Source: Chrysomallon squamiferum (Eukaryota; Animalia; Mollusca). From it: a stretch of 64,000 nt of DNA. A model generated the notes under the pieces. That model did not search any database. It was not told the origin of the DNA and saw only the letters and a program-made list of their open reading frames with translations. How positions within the stretch are numbered: the first letter of the stretch is position 1; the number at the start of each line of letters is the position of its first letter. Both the position numbers and the translations under genes were made by a program. Location: assembly GCA_012295275.1 (NCBI GenBank), contig CM022677.1, forward strand, positions 18,228,001-18,292,000. The letters run 5' to 3'. This document shows, piece by piece, positions 29,875 through 45,042 of this stretch.

Positions 29875-31130
29875 GTTACCAGCTGAGGCAAAGGCTTAAT
29901 AACGTGATGAAAGAAAACGTCATTTTTCAGAATAAATCTTTACATCACCAACTCATTACGAAACATATTTTACAATCTTCATCAAAATCGAAAATCTTTT
30001 TTATCGAGTTTTCTTTTCTTCTGCAGGAATTTTAATTAGCGATGAACATAGATTATCTGTTACAGCTTTAATAAAGAATTCTTTAATTCAGGATTAAAAT
30101 GAGAAGTAAATAATAGGAGATTAAATTAATATGAAAAGAAGATTTGTGATCGGTTTTTTTGTAGATAATATAAATTAAAATGTTACGAAAAAAAACGGTC
30201 TGTCATTTCACGTGAGTATAATTTTATTAGTATTAAAACAATCTTGTTCAATTATTTCTTTCAGTAGTAGAAAAGAAACAAAATAAATAAATAAGCAAGT
30301 TAGTTAGTAAGTAACTGAGTGAGTAAGTATGTTAGTAACTGACAAAATGAGGAAGGATATAAATAAATAAATATGTTATTTAATGAGTAAGTAAGTTAGT
30401 AAGTAAACAAAAGAGTTAGTATAAAAATAAATAAATAAGTAAGATTGTTATTTAGTAAGTGAGCAAGTGAGTTTGTAAGTAAGAAAATGAATTAGATATA
30501 ATTAACCAAATAAGTAAATATGTATACTAGTTAGTGACTACGTATGTTAGTAAGTAAGCGAATGAGTAAGTTAGTAAGTAAATGAGTTAGAATACAAATA
30601 AGTAAATAATGTTATATAGTAAGTAAGTGAGTAAGTTAGTAAATAAGCGCCAATGCAGTCACGTGTGAATGTTTGTTTTCTTAAGTCGCTTCTAGAAGAA
30701 ATAAGCTTTAAATGAATTATATTTTATCAAATCAGTTAACTTTTAGTATTCAGGCATTAAAGTTCAGTTGCTTTCTTGTTTTATTTTTTGTTCTATTCAA
30801 AGAAAAATATTTAAAAATATGACTATTATATTTTTAGCGTTGATAGGAGTTACCTTAGAAATACAGTCATTTTTCATGACGTTATCAATGAACCTTCGGC
30901 ATTTTCTATTGGTGACGTCATTTAACTGTTGACGTATTTGTTTATTTACTTACATCAACATTCCCGCGTAAAAATTAAATGTAAGATTTATTTATTTATT
31001 TATTTATTGGTATTATTTTTATTATTGCTGTTGTTGCGGCTGTTGTTTTTATTAACAGTTGTACTAGTAGTTGAAGTAGAAAGAAATATAGTAGTTGTTA
31101 TTGTAGTTACTGTAGTCGTATTAGCAGCAA
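29875..31130 (+). promoter_or_regulatory. Orphan inverted duplicate of the R1 upstream region (element copy 5, non-coding exon, part of intron) with no coding exon downstream
   Basis: Reverse-complement match to ~8828 through ~6670, with internal gaps. Core at 29900-29918, donor CAC|GTGAGT at 30212, CCAAT position mutated (ATCGG at 30149-30153). Confidence 0.8.
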
Positions 31131-31164
31131 CGCAGTAATAAGAGTAGTAACAACAACAATGATT

Positions 31165-31568
31165 AAATGCAGATTCTGGAAGACTGGAGTCAGAATTTCT
31201 CCCTTCTGACTGAACCAGGCTTTGAAATTAGTTTCTAGTTTGAATATCAAACAATTTAATTACTCAAATATTTGGTCAATATTTCGTATTTCTTCTGTTC
31301 TCTGTTTGTTTTAGGAAAATAATAAGGAACATATCGTGTTTAATAACAGTTTAATTATTTCGAATTTTTCTTCAAATGGACGCATGCTATTTGATATTAA
31401 ATAAACCCCCAATAATATGCAGTAACACACAAACAGACAAGTACGTACGCACGCACACATACATACATACACCAACTAAGTATGGTAAGGTCAAAAAGAA
31501 AATGTTTGATTCATAACTGAATCGACTTACAAGCTAAATGGCTGATAGCATAATCTTTCTTTTTTAAA

Positions 31569-31611
<43 letters not shown>

Positions 31612-32000
31612 GTGTGTGTATGTGTGTGTATGTATGTATGTTATGCTAAAGCGTTATATTTGATCTCGTTTAAAACATTGAGACAGGTAAAGAGATCTAT
31701 CGAATCGAAATCCTGATCATCGCCATTTGCGTTAGGCTCAAACAATTATAGGATTTTTGTACGAACATAAGAGTCACCGTTAACCATTAAAGAAACAAAT
31801 TCAGAAAAATTTGTGAATTTATATTTAATGCCATTCAAACAGAAATAAAAATTATTGTTTCTATAATTTTCATATATTGTGAATATGACTATAATATGGA
31901 ATGTCAAATTTCCTAAAACCATATAATAATAATCATAATAATAATAATAAATGAATAGACATTGTTCGAGAAAAACAATGAGTGAAAGAAAGAACGAAAC
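31165..32000 (+). repeat. Segmental duplication block B (second copy ~35117-36080)
   Basis: Shared AAATGCAGATTCTGGAA, GTCAGAATTTCTCCCTT, TCTAGTTTGAATATCAAACAATTTAATTACTCAAA, CAAAAAGAAAATGTTTGATT and AGTCACCGTTAACCA. Confidence 0.85.
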
Positions 32001-32228
32001 GAATGAAAGAATGAAAGAATACTTCGGTGTATTTGCTTGTGGATTAGTATATTGGCGGTGGACAGACATTTAAAGAAACAAGACAGAAAGACAGACAGAC
32101 AGACACAATTGCTATTCTTTATTGTTGTTACTGTTATTATTATCATCATCATCATCATCATCATTATCATTATCATTACTATTATTATTATTATTATTGT
32201 CATTATCATATTATTATTATCATTATCA

Positions 32229-32265
<37 letters not shown>

Positions 32266-32616
32266 TTCTTTCCTTTTCTCACTCCATCTTTATCTCTTTA
32301 TCTCTGTTTCTTTTCCGATATATATGTATATTAATTTTCAAAAGATGAAACAAATATAAATTATATGCTTGGGCGTGTGTTTATGGGTTTTTTTCTAAAC
32401 AATGAGGTAAATCTGCTTAGCGTTTTTTTATCATAATCTTAAGATTAACCAAGGTAATAATTGCAAGGTAATAATTTTCTGTTCTTTTTGTTTTTTTCCT
32501 TTTTCTCTGTAAGTTTTCTTATTTATTATTTTAAATAACAGAACTGGTTTTTGTTTTTTTCTAAAAGATATTTTCGCAATTTCATTAAAAACTAATTTTC
32601 TTATTTTGCTCTGCGC

Positions 32617-32730
32617 GTTACCAATTCATGAACTGACTTATTAACGTGATGAAAGAAAACGTCATTTTTTAATTAAAACTTTACCAGCGGCTTTAAGTTA
32701 CGTCAATACGACTTCGAATAACGTAATTAA
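32617..32730 (+). promoter_or_regulatory. Conserved receptor-upstream element, copy 6, upstream of pseudogene R4
   Basis: Core at 32642-32660, ATTGG at 32806-32810. Lies within a block (~32345-33250) paralogous to ~21230-22120. Confidence 0.65.
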
Positions 32731-33640
32731 CTGAAATGTCGACATGCTTTTTACATATGTGTATGAAGGTGTATACATAAAGTCCTTAGAAACACAAGAC
32801 TTTTGATTGGCTGTTGACAGTAACGTTTAATAACAAGGCTTCTGGTTGGCTTTTAGTAGAAATTAATACAAGCAAGCTAATTATTGGCTTCCAAAACCAT
32901 GAAAACATACATAACACATGAGCCTAAAAAAAAAATAATAATAATAACAAAAAAAGAGGGAGTAACTTTTAAATTTTTTTTGATTTTTTCTTCAAATTTC
33001 TTTGGATATAAGGTTTTGACATTTCTTTCAGTTTCTTCTTTTTCGTTTTTTCTTCTTTTCTGCTTGCACAATAAAAGTTAATTTGAATACAGTTATCTTA
33101 TCGGTTATCTCCTTTGTTTCGATATTATATAAACTCCAGGAAGCTTCGTCTTCATTTCAATACTGGAAAAATAACTTCAAATCAGCACAGATTTGATTCC
33201 ATATCAAATCTTTCTGTAGAGAGATCTTATTCTTATTTTTTATTAAGTACTTTATTGATGTGTTTAAATGTTGGAATGAGGGAAATTTTATTTTTAAAAT
33301 ATCTCTTAAGGAAATGATTAAATTATTTTACTTTTCATGAAAATACTGTTTCTGTTACTCTGTATAACATTTCTTACAGGTTCATTGTTTTTTTACGGCA
33401 TTTCTGTTTTATTTTATTTTATTTTTCTGTATTGTATTGCCTTTCTTTTGTTCTTTTTAATTTATCTATTTATTATTTATTTTTAATTACTTTACAATAA
33501 TTAATATACATTTTTTCTTATTTTTAAATTGTACAATCCATCACGTTTGTAAGTTCAAATATCCAGATGATATAACAGTTAAAATACTTCATCTTTACTA
33601 AACATATTTTTCTGTTGCTCTTTTATTTTCCCAGATTGCA

Positions 33641-33675
<35 letters not shown>

Positions 33676-33683
33676 CCAATGTC

Positions 33684-34080
33684 ACGTCAACATCAACGTT
33701 TCTACTCGTCACAACGACAAACTACAACGAAACGTTTTCAACAGCTATTTCCAGCAGCTGCTTCGACGACGAAAACCCAAAGCCAGGCCCTTGCTTCGTG
33801 GACCAAAGCTCTCTGATGAGAGAGCGAGGACACTTGCACTCAAACTGATGCCCGTGTTCAGCTTGATCTACTTGTTAAACTTCGCTCAGAATTTTTTACA
33901 TTCTCATCGCCTCTGCGGAGAACTATCGGAAAATCACGAGAAGAATTTTCGGGCGAGTCTTACGGTTGTTGAGGAGAGCTGAGAATTCTAATCCGGGTCC
34001 CTCGGAGAGTAACATCGGCGATACAGCCATGTCTGTGGTGACCGCACCCAGAAGATTTTTCAACCGATGACAAGAGATAA
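33684..34080 (+). pseudogene. Internally deleted duplicate of R3 (R4)
   Basis: Start codon changed to ACG (33684). N-terminus TSTSTFLLVTTTNYNETFSTA.. is followed by an LLRGPKLS ICL1 remnant, then DERARTLALKLMPVFSLIYLLNFAQNF (identical to R3). Extra-T frameshift at ~33895. TM1 and TM2-TM6 are missing. Confidence 0.92.
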
Positions 34081-34869
34081 ATTGAACTTTTGCCTACATT
34101 CAGTAAAATCTTTGACTCTTTCTTGTTGAAAGTCTATCACGATTTGCATATGATGTCAGCGGACTGTTTGAAACCATTTTATATTTTATCTATACAGATA
34201 TACAAACATAAACATAAAGAACTTAACAAAAAAACAAAAATTATGAAGCAAAGAGGCACCTAATCGTGAAAGATCCCCATAGTCTTTGAAGTTTGCTCGA
34301 TATCATAACTGAAACTGGACATCAGATGAAAGAAATAGGAATTAATTAAATAATCTAAGATAAAACAGAAACGAAAGTTTTTTGCTTTCGAAACACGAAA
34401 GTTAGAAATGAAATGAAAAGATATAGATCGTACGAGGAAATAATGAGAACTTTTAATTATTAATTAATTTTCGAATAGTTTCTGATCTATTAAGCTGTTA
34501 TATTATTTTGCCCTTGGTGTATTTAATATATCAAGCCATCCGTCCAAGCACCTAGGTGTTCATCCATCTATATAATCTATGTATATGTATATACATACAT
34601 ACATATATCCAAACATATGTACATATACATACATATACATACATAGATACATATACATACATGCATATATATAGATACATACACATATCACACATATATG
34701 TTTATATTTAGATATACTTTCACACATTTCACGTTTATATTTGTATCAGTATTGTTCTTGCCTACTACAAGTAAGTCTATCAATCTGTCCATTCGTCTAT
34801 TCATCGTGATATACCTCTGTCTACTTACTTACCTTCCTGCCTACGTATCTAGCTATTTATCTATCTACC

Positions 34870-34912
<43 letters not shown>

Positions 34913-36007
34913 TTCATGAATTCAAAGGAGGAAACGTTTGCTTTGATATTATTTCTGTTTGTGTTGTTGTGTATTTGTTTTTTATCATTTTGGCACAATA
35001 ATCATTTTGTTGTATATGTCTTTGTGTATGTATGTTTGTATCTACTTTTGATTTTTGAACGGACATACACATTTTGTTGTATATTTTTTATTTTTGTATG
35101 TTTGTAATCACAAATAAATGCAGATTCTGGAAAACACTAAATGCAGATTCTGTTGGGTCAGAATTTCTCCCTTTGACTGAAATTATTTTGTAATTAGTTT
35201 CTAGTTTGAATATCAAACAATTTAATTACTCAAACATTTGGTCAATATTTCGTATTTCTTCTGTTCTATGTTTGTTGGAGGGAATTAATAAGGAACATAT
35301 CGTTTTAATTAATTTAATCATTTAAAAATGGACTTGAAACGGACGCATACTATTTAATATTAAATAAAAATCCTATAATACATAGACGCACAGAAACAGA
35401 CGCATACGTACGCATGCATGCACGCACACGCCAATGAAGTACGGTAAGTTCAAAAAGAAAATGTTTGATTTATAACTGAATCGACTTTTACGCCAAATAG
35501 GTTATGACGTTTATCATACTTTTGTATGTCTTTCTGTGTGTGTCTCTGTCTATCTGTATCTATATCTATATCTATATCTAATGCTAAAGCATTATATTTG
35601 ATCTCGTGCAAGAACTATATAACAGCAAAAGAGATCTATCGAATCCATTTGGAGGAGGCTGAAGCCACTATAGGATTTTTGTCCTAACAGAATAGTCACC
35701 GTTAACCAATAGATGAATAATTTCAGCAAAATCAGTGAATTTAAATTTAACAAACTTAAACTGAAAATAAGTAAAAAATAAATCAACAAAAATAAATAAA
35801 TAATAGAAAATAGAAAGAAAAAAAATAAAGAAAAATAAAAATGCCATAACATAAGTTAAAATTACTTAAATACTATAAAATAAAGTAAAAATAACAAGAC
35901 TGGGTTTTCTTTTTATATTTATTTTAATAATCATAATCATGGCAATTATAATTATTATTTTCATGTGCTCTAAATATAGCTATATGGAATGACAAATTTC
36001 TTAGCAC

Positions 36008-36047
<40 letters not shown>

Positions 36048-36148
36048 TGTGGATAAGGCATTATTCAAGAGACAGAAGGAGAAAGAAAATCAGAGAAAGT
36101 GAGATGAAGATGCATGCAAACAACACAGAAATTGTGTTATATATATTT

Positions 36149-36227
<79 letters not shown>

Positions 36228-36455
36228 CAAAGAGAGAGATGAAAAAAAAAAGAAATGAAACAAAAATTTAAAAAAAAAAAGAATGAAATAATTAAAAATA
36301 ATTAAACATCGACTGAAGAAAATAAAACATTTAATAATAACAACATTAACAGCTACATGTATAATATTTCTCAAGGCACATTAAACCAACAGATATTCTA
36401 TATAATTTAATCCTTCGATACATGATGTTATGATGATCCATTTTATAAACGTAAT

Positions 36456-36584
36456 TTACAGATCTTTATGTTTGGAGCTAGATTTACTTTTAGTCATACA
36501 AATCACAAAAATCAACACAATGGAAACTGCCACACCCGCTGATACCCCCAGGAAAATTTTCCGATTTGGTCCCTCAAGCTGTTT
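36456..36584 (-). CDS. Thioredoxin-domain gene exon 9 (TM and KxKxx tail)
   Basis: TTTTCCAG|[42 protein letters not shown]. Confidence 0.88.
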   Translation of the reverse strand, partial: KQLEGPNRKIFLGVSAGVAVSIVLIFVICMTKSKSSSKHKDL

Positions 36585-36744
36585 CTGGAAAATAGATAGA
36601 TAGATAGATAGTTAGATCAAATTAATATATCAATCAATATAAATAAATAAATAAATAAATAGGTCGATAAGATGTATAAAAGAAAACAAATAAGTAAGAA
36701 AATAAATGAAAACTACATAAACAAAATTAATAAAACAGTCAGTA

Positions 36745-36803
<59 letters not shown>

Positions 36804-37033
36804 AATTTAAATAAATAAATAAATAAAAAAATTAAATAAATAAAATTTAAATAAAAAATACATCCAAATGCATTCTGAATTATTAAAGAATAAGAATAAA
36901 CTCAAAGAACACTAACATATATTTAAATATCTCAACTTAAGATTTACTGATATGGTGCAGAATATATATATATTAAATTCAACATATAGCCTCTACACAT
37001 TAATGCACACACACAAACACAAACACACACACA

Positions 37034-37073
<40 letters not shown>

Positions 37074-40000
37074 AGGTACTTACTTTTATAGCAAGTGCAA
37101 TGGTATCAGTCAGTTTATCACTGAAAAGAAAATGTATTTACATCAATAAATAAAAGCATTAGATAAAAGATACTAGAGGTCTGCCACAATTTTAAAAAAT
37201 ATTATGTAAAATTTATAACAGAACAGCTGGTTTTATTTATATGAAAAAGATACAAGAGGACTGCCACAATTTTAAATAAAAGAGTATGTGAAAGATTAGA
37301 TAAAATAGGTAAAATTCTAAATAAATTTAGTTTCAGTTTTATCTGATGAGAAAAGCTTATTCAGCTATGTGAAGAATATAAATAAATAAATAAATAAAAA
37401 AATTAACTTTTTTAAATGTTTTCTATAAAAATACACAATTTTTAGCTTGAAAAAATATAATAATGAATGAATGAATAAATAAATTAATACACACACAAAC
37501 AAACAAACAAATAAAAACAGTAGACAACAAAATTTTTTAAAAATAAAACAATAACAGATAAACAAACAGATAGGTAAATAAATAAATAAATAAAAAAAAA
37601 AAAAATAAATAAATACACAAACAAACAAACAAGTACAGTAGTTACTCAAATATTCTAAAATAAAAATAATAATAGACACACAGACAGACAGATGGATCAA
37701 TAGATATAATATCTAAAGAGCAGTGGCTATGAAGCTGTAGTTTATTGATCTGAGACTCAGTGGATGGTTTGCTTTATAGAAACATCTTCAAGAAAACATT
37801 TCTTAGCCCCACCTACCGATAATATTGACATCTTGCATGTCCTGCCTTCTATTAAGATTGACATTTCATTTTAAACCCCGCCTAAAATTAATACTGACAT
37901 TTCAAACCACACCTACAAACTGGAGTGACATCTCTGTGCTCCACCTGTTAATGAGATTGACATTTCATTCAAAGCCACACCTACCATCAACACTGACATC
38001 TTTAACAAAATGTCTTCTAAAAAAAATGACTGACATCTTGAAACCACACCCTCTACTAAAATTGATCAATCAGTAACTCATTAAAAGATCAACATCTCTA
38101 AACAGAAATGCAAATGAAAATGAAGGTTACAAGTTTGAGGGAAAATGTTCTGTTGCTGTTTTTAAATGGAAATAACTGCATCAGTTGATTTTTCGTGAGG
38201 AAGCTTTGAGCTCATAAGAAACTGTACGTTCTATTTTATGAGCAAATCCAAAACAAGCTAATACATAAACAAGTTACACAATGGACACTCAAACACATCT
38301 CTCATGAACAAAGAATCAAACAATAGTGTTTGTCAGATAACAATTCTGTTAGTATGTTAGGGAGTTAGGAAAGATGAACTGGCTTGTAAGAGGTTAACAA
38401 CAACAACAACAATAATAACAATCATAGTAGTAGTAGTAATAACAGTAATAACAATGTTAATATCAATAATAACAATAACAATGATGATGATGATGACAAT
38501 AATGGTAACATGATAACAATAATAATAATAAGGATGATGAAAATGATAATACTAAAAATAATGATGGCGATAATGATAACACTAACAACAATAATAATAG
38601 TGTTGATGATGATGACAATAATAATGATTGTGATAATGATGATGATAATAATGATGATGATAATGATGATGATAATGATGATAACAATAATATCATTAAT
38701 ATCAATAGTAATGATGAAAATAAAGTTGATGAAGATGATAATAGTGATGGTGATAATAATAACAATAACAACAGTAATTATGATGATGATACTGATGAAA
38801 ATAACGACGACATTAATAAAAATGATGATGAATTAGACAATAATAATAACGATGATGATTATGATAACAACAACAATAACAGTAATAGTGGCAGTAGAGG
38901 AGTTGCAGTAGCAGTAGTAGTAGTAGTAGTAGTAGTAATGTTGATTACACTAATAAATAGAATAAAAAAATAAAAAAATAAAAATAAAAACAAAGAAGAA
39001 ATGTGTACGATAGTGTTGATTATAATAATAATAAATAGAATTAAAACAAATGAAAAAAAAGAAACAAAGAAGGGTCTATGACAGTATTAATTACAATACA
39101 ATAATTATCCAATTAACTCTGGATAGAAGAAGCCACTGTGAGGAAGAGATACCAGAACCTTCTGCTCACAAGGCCACAAATGATAATGTTCAAACTGACA
39201 CGCTACAGACACACCCATTGTCATATTTTTTACTTCAACCTACTCTGGTCAGAGAAAAATAATAACAAGAGAAAAAAAAAAAAAATAATAATAATAATAA
39301 TAATAATAAACACACAAAAAACTGTTAATCCCTCCTAATACTTAATCGAGTAGATAATCTGTTGGGTCTTGTAATTAATTTTCAAATCCATTAACAGAAC
39401 AAATATTTTTTTAATTATGAGGAATAAAATGTATTTCTTTGTTCAATCATCTCTGTGTATCTGTTGATCTTCTTTTTTTAAAACTGGTTTGTTCAATATG
39501 CAACTGTGAGTGTTATTGACGGTAAAGCCAGAATCAAATGGGCAAAAGAAATAATAATTATTTTTGTCAATAGATGATGAACAAGAAGGTATGTTAGAAA
39601 CTAAATGAAAACAGAAATAAAATTGCTGGACAATTAAATGTGTAAGAAGAAGGATAATAATAGAAAAAGTAAATACGAAATAATAATTTGTTTGCTGAAA
39701 TAATAATATTTTTTTCTTTACAGAGGTAAGAAGAAAAAAAAAATTAATAATATTAAATAAAATAATAATTTTCTGTACTAAATGCAAAGAAATATTTTTA
39801 ACCAATAAGAACTCTGTTGAAGCTTCAGTTCTTTTTCTTTTTTCTTTCTTTTTTCTGTTAGTAAATACAGTTTAAAACTGAAGTTTGCAGAGAAACTCCA
39901 AATATATTGCAGTGGAGGTAGAATTTATCTCTAACTCTTCATTTTGTTTTGTGTTTGTGTGTGTGTGTGTGTCTGTGTGAGTGTGTGTGTTTGTGTGTGT

Positions 40001-40188
40001 GTGTGTGTATGTGTGTGTGTGTGTGTGTGTGAGTGTGTGTGTGTGCTTCTCTTTAACTGTAGCTCTCTTTCTGTTTGATTCTTTTTCATTAATATCTATA
40101 CCTAAACACGTCTGTCTCTCTCTCTCTCTTTCGCTTTCTTTCTATCTCTCTCCCTCTCTCTCTCTCTCTTTCTCACTGTCTCTCTCTG

Positions 40189-40219
<31 letters not shown>

Positions 40220-41626
40220 ATTCATTCTCTCTGAATGTGTTTCTTGTGAATATCTGTGGGTTGCTGTTTGAGTGTGTATGTAGTTGTGTGTATCTGAGTG
40301 TGTGTGTGTGTGTGTTTTGTGTGTGTATGTGTGGATGTGGATGTGGGTGTATCTGAGTGTAATTGTATGTTTATATTTAACTGTTTCTATTTCTGTCTCT
40401 TTGAAGATTTTTCTATCTCACACACAGACGTCAAGTATCAAACTATAAAAACACACAGACACACAGACACACCAAACTGAGCATTCATGTTTTATCCACA
40501 CACCTACTGAATGAATGCAAGACACAACAACACACTAACTGACAGACTGACAAAGTGCATTAACTTTCAATACCATTTCCTCTCCAGATACATACACAAC
40601 TTCATTTTTCTGTTGACTCTTCACAGGCACAGAAAAAGACACAAGTTCTTCTGCAGAAATTTTCTTTAGTTCTCATATTTCTATTATCTTTGATAAACAG
40701 AAAGAGGTGGGGAAAAAAAACATGTGTCATATGTCATGTTACAGTTAGTTCTCAGGGAATATTTTCAGCCTTTACTTTGTTGACTGTTTATGAAGATATA
40801 TAACAAACACACACACACAAAAAACATGACAAACCATATACATGGCAATGACAGTGAAAAGGAAGGTAGAAACAACATATAACACAGAAATAAAAACAGA
40901 CAGACAGACACATGACAGTTCACAACAGTGATTACGACATATAGCAGACACCAAATAGAAATACAACAGACGTACAAAAGTCACATAACAACAAATACAC
41001 AACAAATATACAACAAATATATGACAGACACACAGCAGATACAAAACAGATAAAAAAACAGACATCAACAGATATACAACACACATGCAGTAGAAAGTCC
41101 AACACTATATAATATCAACTTAAAAAAGGCAGTTCTCTCTTTTTAACCACATAATATCAAGTTTTATTTCGAGAAAAAAATAAAATAAAATAAAAAAAAA
41201 AAAAAATAAAGTATTTTATTGGATTAGGTCAACTTACAAGGCTGTTTTTTCTCTTGGTACGCTCTCAGCCTTCATGTTTTTGTACCAGCCTTCAACAAAC
41301 GTCCTCATTGACTCACTGTCATACTTGTCAACCTCATATCTGTACATCTTGCCTTGACGATAACTGAAATATAACACAGAGAGCTTGAAATAACACAGAT
41401 ATATGTATATACACATACATACATACACATACAAACCCACATGCATATATGTGGGTCTTTATCATGTGTCTCTCTCTCTATATATATATATTGTTTATGA
41501 ATGTCATGTGTGTGTTTAGATCTTAACACTTGTACCTAAATATATTTTCATATTAAATGTGTGTGTTTGGATAAATAAAATAAAATTTAATATTTAGGAA
41601 CACATACTCATATACTCTCATACACT

Positions 41627-41719
<93 letters not shown>

Positions 41720-41870
41720 ATTTATTTATATTAAGTCTCTCTATCTCTCACAATGTTAAACAGATAATACACACCATAGACATGATACACAAACATATTG
41801 ATGGATGAATAACAGATTCTTAGCAGTATAGACTGAAGACAGCTACAATAATATGTACATGTGCGATGTA

Positions 41871-41934
<64 letters not shown>

Positions 41935-44563
41935 TAATTAACAATCAAATCAGTTTTCCCCAGAAGAAATAATTAATTTTCATAAATCTCAAAAAATACT
42001 AATAATTTATCTAATTTTTTTTTTCTTGACATATATGATATTAATTTTTTTTTTTTTTTTTTTTAAACAGAAGAATACATCTCTCACCTGTTTGAAAAAT
42101 ACAAAAAAATCAATATGATGCCTGCCACACCCAGTACAGGTAAATGTGTTACGTACCTGATGATTTTTAATAAACTGTAGACTGTGATGTAAGTGTGGGC
42201 AAAACAACAATTTGTAATGAAGCCAAGTATTGATATGAAATGGTGTTATTATGAAGTGCATAACAAAGTGTTATACAGAAGTGGTGTAGTATAACAAGGT
42301 GTTGTAATGAAGTGTCATACTGTGTTGTATTGAAGTGCAGTAATGTGTTGTATTGAAGTGCTGTAATAAAGATTTGAAAGGATGTGTTATGGTACTGTAC
42401 AAAGTACAGGAAAGTGAATTATAATGAAGTGTTGGAATGAAGTGCTGTATAAAATGGTGTAATGTGTTATAATGAAGTGCTGTATAAAATGGTGTAATGT
42501 GTTATAATGTAATGCTGTATAAAATGGTGTAATGTGTTATAATGAAGTTTGGAATGAAGTGCTGTATAAAATAGTGTAATGTGTTATAATGAAGTTTGGA
42601 ATGAAGTGCTGTATAAAATGGTGTAATGTGTTATTATGAAGTGGTGTATAAAATGGTGTAATGTGTTATTATGAAGTGGTGCAGCATTTTTGTACTGGTG
42701 GTATAACAAGGAATGATAATGAAGTGTGCTGGTGTTGTATGCAGTGATGTAATGCACACTGTTTCTGTGTAATGAATGCTGTGTGGTTTGATCAAGTGAA
42801 CCACTCAGTTCTAACTGACTCTGCAATGTGCTGTACTGTATCTGTTGTGTTGTTACTAAGTGTGTAGCATGTTGTACTATGTGTCTAATGTGTTGTATTA
42901 AGTGTACACATGTTGTACTATGTGTCTAATGTGTTGTACTAGGTGTATAGCATGTTGTACTATGTGTCTAACATGTTGTACTATCTGTCTAGTGTCTTGT
43001 ACTCAGTGCATAATGTGTTGTATGAAGTGTGCAGTATGTTATACTAAGTGCACAATGTGTTGTATGAAGTGTGTATTGAATTGTACTAAGTGTATAATGT
43101 GTTGTATGAAGTGTGTATTGTGTTATACTACGTGTGCAATGTGTTGTGTGAAGTGTGTATTAATTGTACTAAGTGTTGTATGAACTGTGTATTGTATTAT
43201 ACTAGGTGTGCAATGTGTTGTATGAAGTGTGTATATAATTGTACTAAGTGCATAATGTGTTGTGTGAAGTGTGTATTGTGTATACTAAGTGTGCAATGTG
43301 TTGTATGAAGTGTGTATTGTGTATACTAAGTATATAATGTGTTGTATGAAGTGTGTATTGTGTTATACAAGGTGTGCAATGTGTTGTATGAAGTATGTAT
43401 TGTTATACTAAGTGTATAATGTGTTGTATGAAATTGTTTTGACTCAACTACTACTATGAAGTATGATATAAACAATATTATTAGTTATACTGTTATGAAG
43501 TGCCTTCATGTATGTTGTTGTCAGTTGTTTTCCTGATTATCATCAGTTATTATAAAGTGTTGTTATTAACTATTATGACAGTGTCTTGTAATTATTTTTA
43601 AAGTCTGTATATGTTTGTTATGTTGTCTTAGTAGTCATTATTGTCAAAAATGATTATTATGAAATGTTGTGATGAAGCTCAATTCTGAAATGCAATTATA
43701 TGTATGTGTGTGTGTGGTTTGTGTGTGGTATTTGTTGTGTGTGTGTGTCTGTGTGTGTGTGCATACATGCATATGGCTGTCAAACAAATATCATCAACCC
43801 TCATGAAAGCAAATTTTTCACAACCATTCTTTCCAAAACTACCGTCACAGCTAGTACATTATGACAGCTGTCAATCATACCTTCTAAGACAACCCACTTT
43901 TTTGCACAAGCATATCTCCTTCTCTATACAAATTCCTATCCAATCAAAAAAAACCTCTGAAACTGCCAATGATCTCAGAATACTACAAACTACTGGTTAC
44001 CAGTCTCTGCCTATTCTGTGTACTGGCTCACAGTAATACTGTAACTTACTGATACACAGTCAACCAATCAGTGTAGTTCATACAGTTGTGACTGGCAGTT
44101 CCTGGGGTTTGATGGCAGAGAGTGATGATGATGTTAGAATGAAAGAGATGAAATGGATGAAATGATGTGACTTACAATATGGCACTTGGACATTTTTTTA
44201 TTTTCATTCTGTCGATGAGTTTTGGGCTGTCATCCATGTCTACCTTGGCTACATTCATTTTGCCTTTCATTCTGAAAAATAAATAAATAAATAAATGAGT
44301 TGACAAATAAACAAATAATTAAATACATAAATTATGTAAATACGTAAATAAATTAATAAATAAATAATTAAATAAATATATAAATAAATAAACAAATAAA
44401 AAAAGCAAACAAACAAACAAACAATCAATTAAACAATAATAATAATAAGAAGAATAAGAATAAGAATAACAGCAATACTACAAATAATAATAGTAATAAT
44501 AATAATAACAACATGTAACAAATGTTTCAATAATAACTCTTTACAATAATGATAACAGTAGTA

Positions 44564-44604
<41 letters not shown>

Positions 44605-45004
44605 CATAATAATGATGATAATGATGGTAACAACGACAACAGCAAAAACTATCAAATAGTGTTTGTTGGCTTATGGGCACAATGATGAATATATATATAG
44701 ATGGATTGATGGATGGATGAATAGATGGATGAATAAATGGACAGATACACTGATATATAAACAGACAGAGATATGTTGTTATAAGGTAATCTTATTTATG
44801 TATATATGAGTATATATATATATACACACACAGATATACACACAAATATACATACACAAAGATACATCAATACTTAATAATTATGACTATGTCTGTTTCT
44901 TTATTTAGTTTACCTCACACCAAATGATTCCAGTGTTGCCAAAGCCTCATGACAACTCATGCATGCATTTTTGTAACTGAAAAGAAAACAGAAAATAAAT
45001 ATAA

Positions 45005-45042
<38 letters not shown>

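Noticed and set aside
40600-40690. Possible alternative terminal exon of the thioredoxin gene
   Set aside because: Its open frame needs phase 1 whereas exon 7 ends in phase 2; exons 8-9 give a coherent TM plus KxKxx end.
42902-43308. Cys-rich ORFs resembling metallothionein or copper-storage proteins (CCxxCxx heptads)
   Set aside because: They arise from a 21/42-bp TG-rich minisatellite antisense within an intron; the frame breaks between units and no gene structure is seen.
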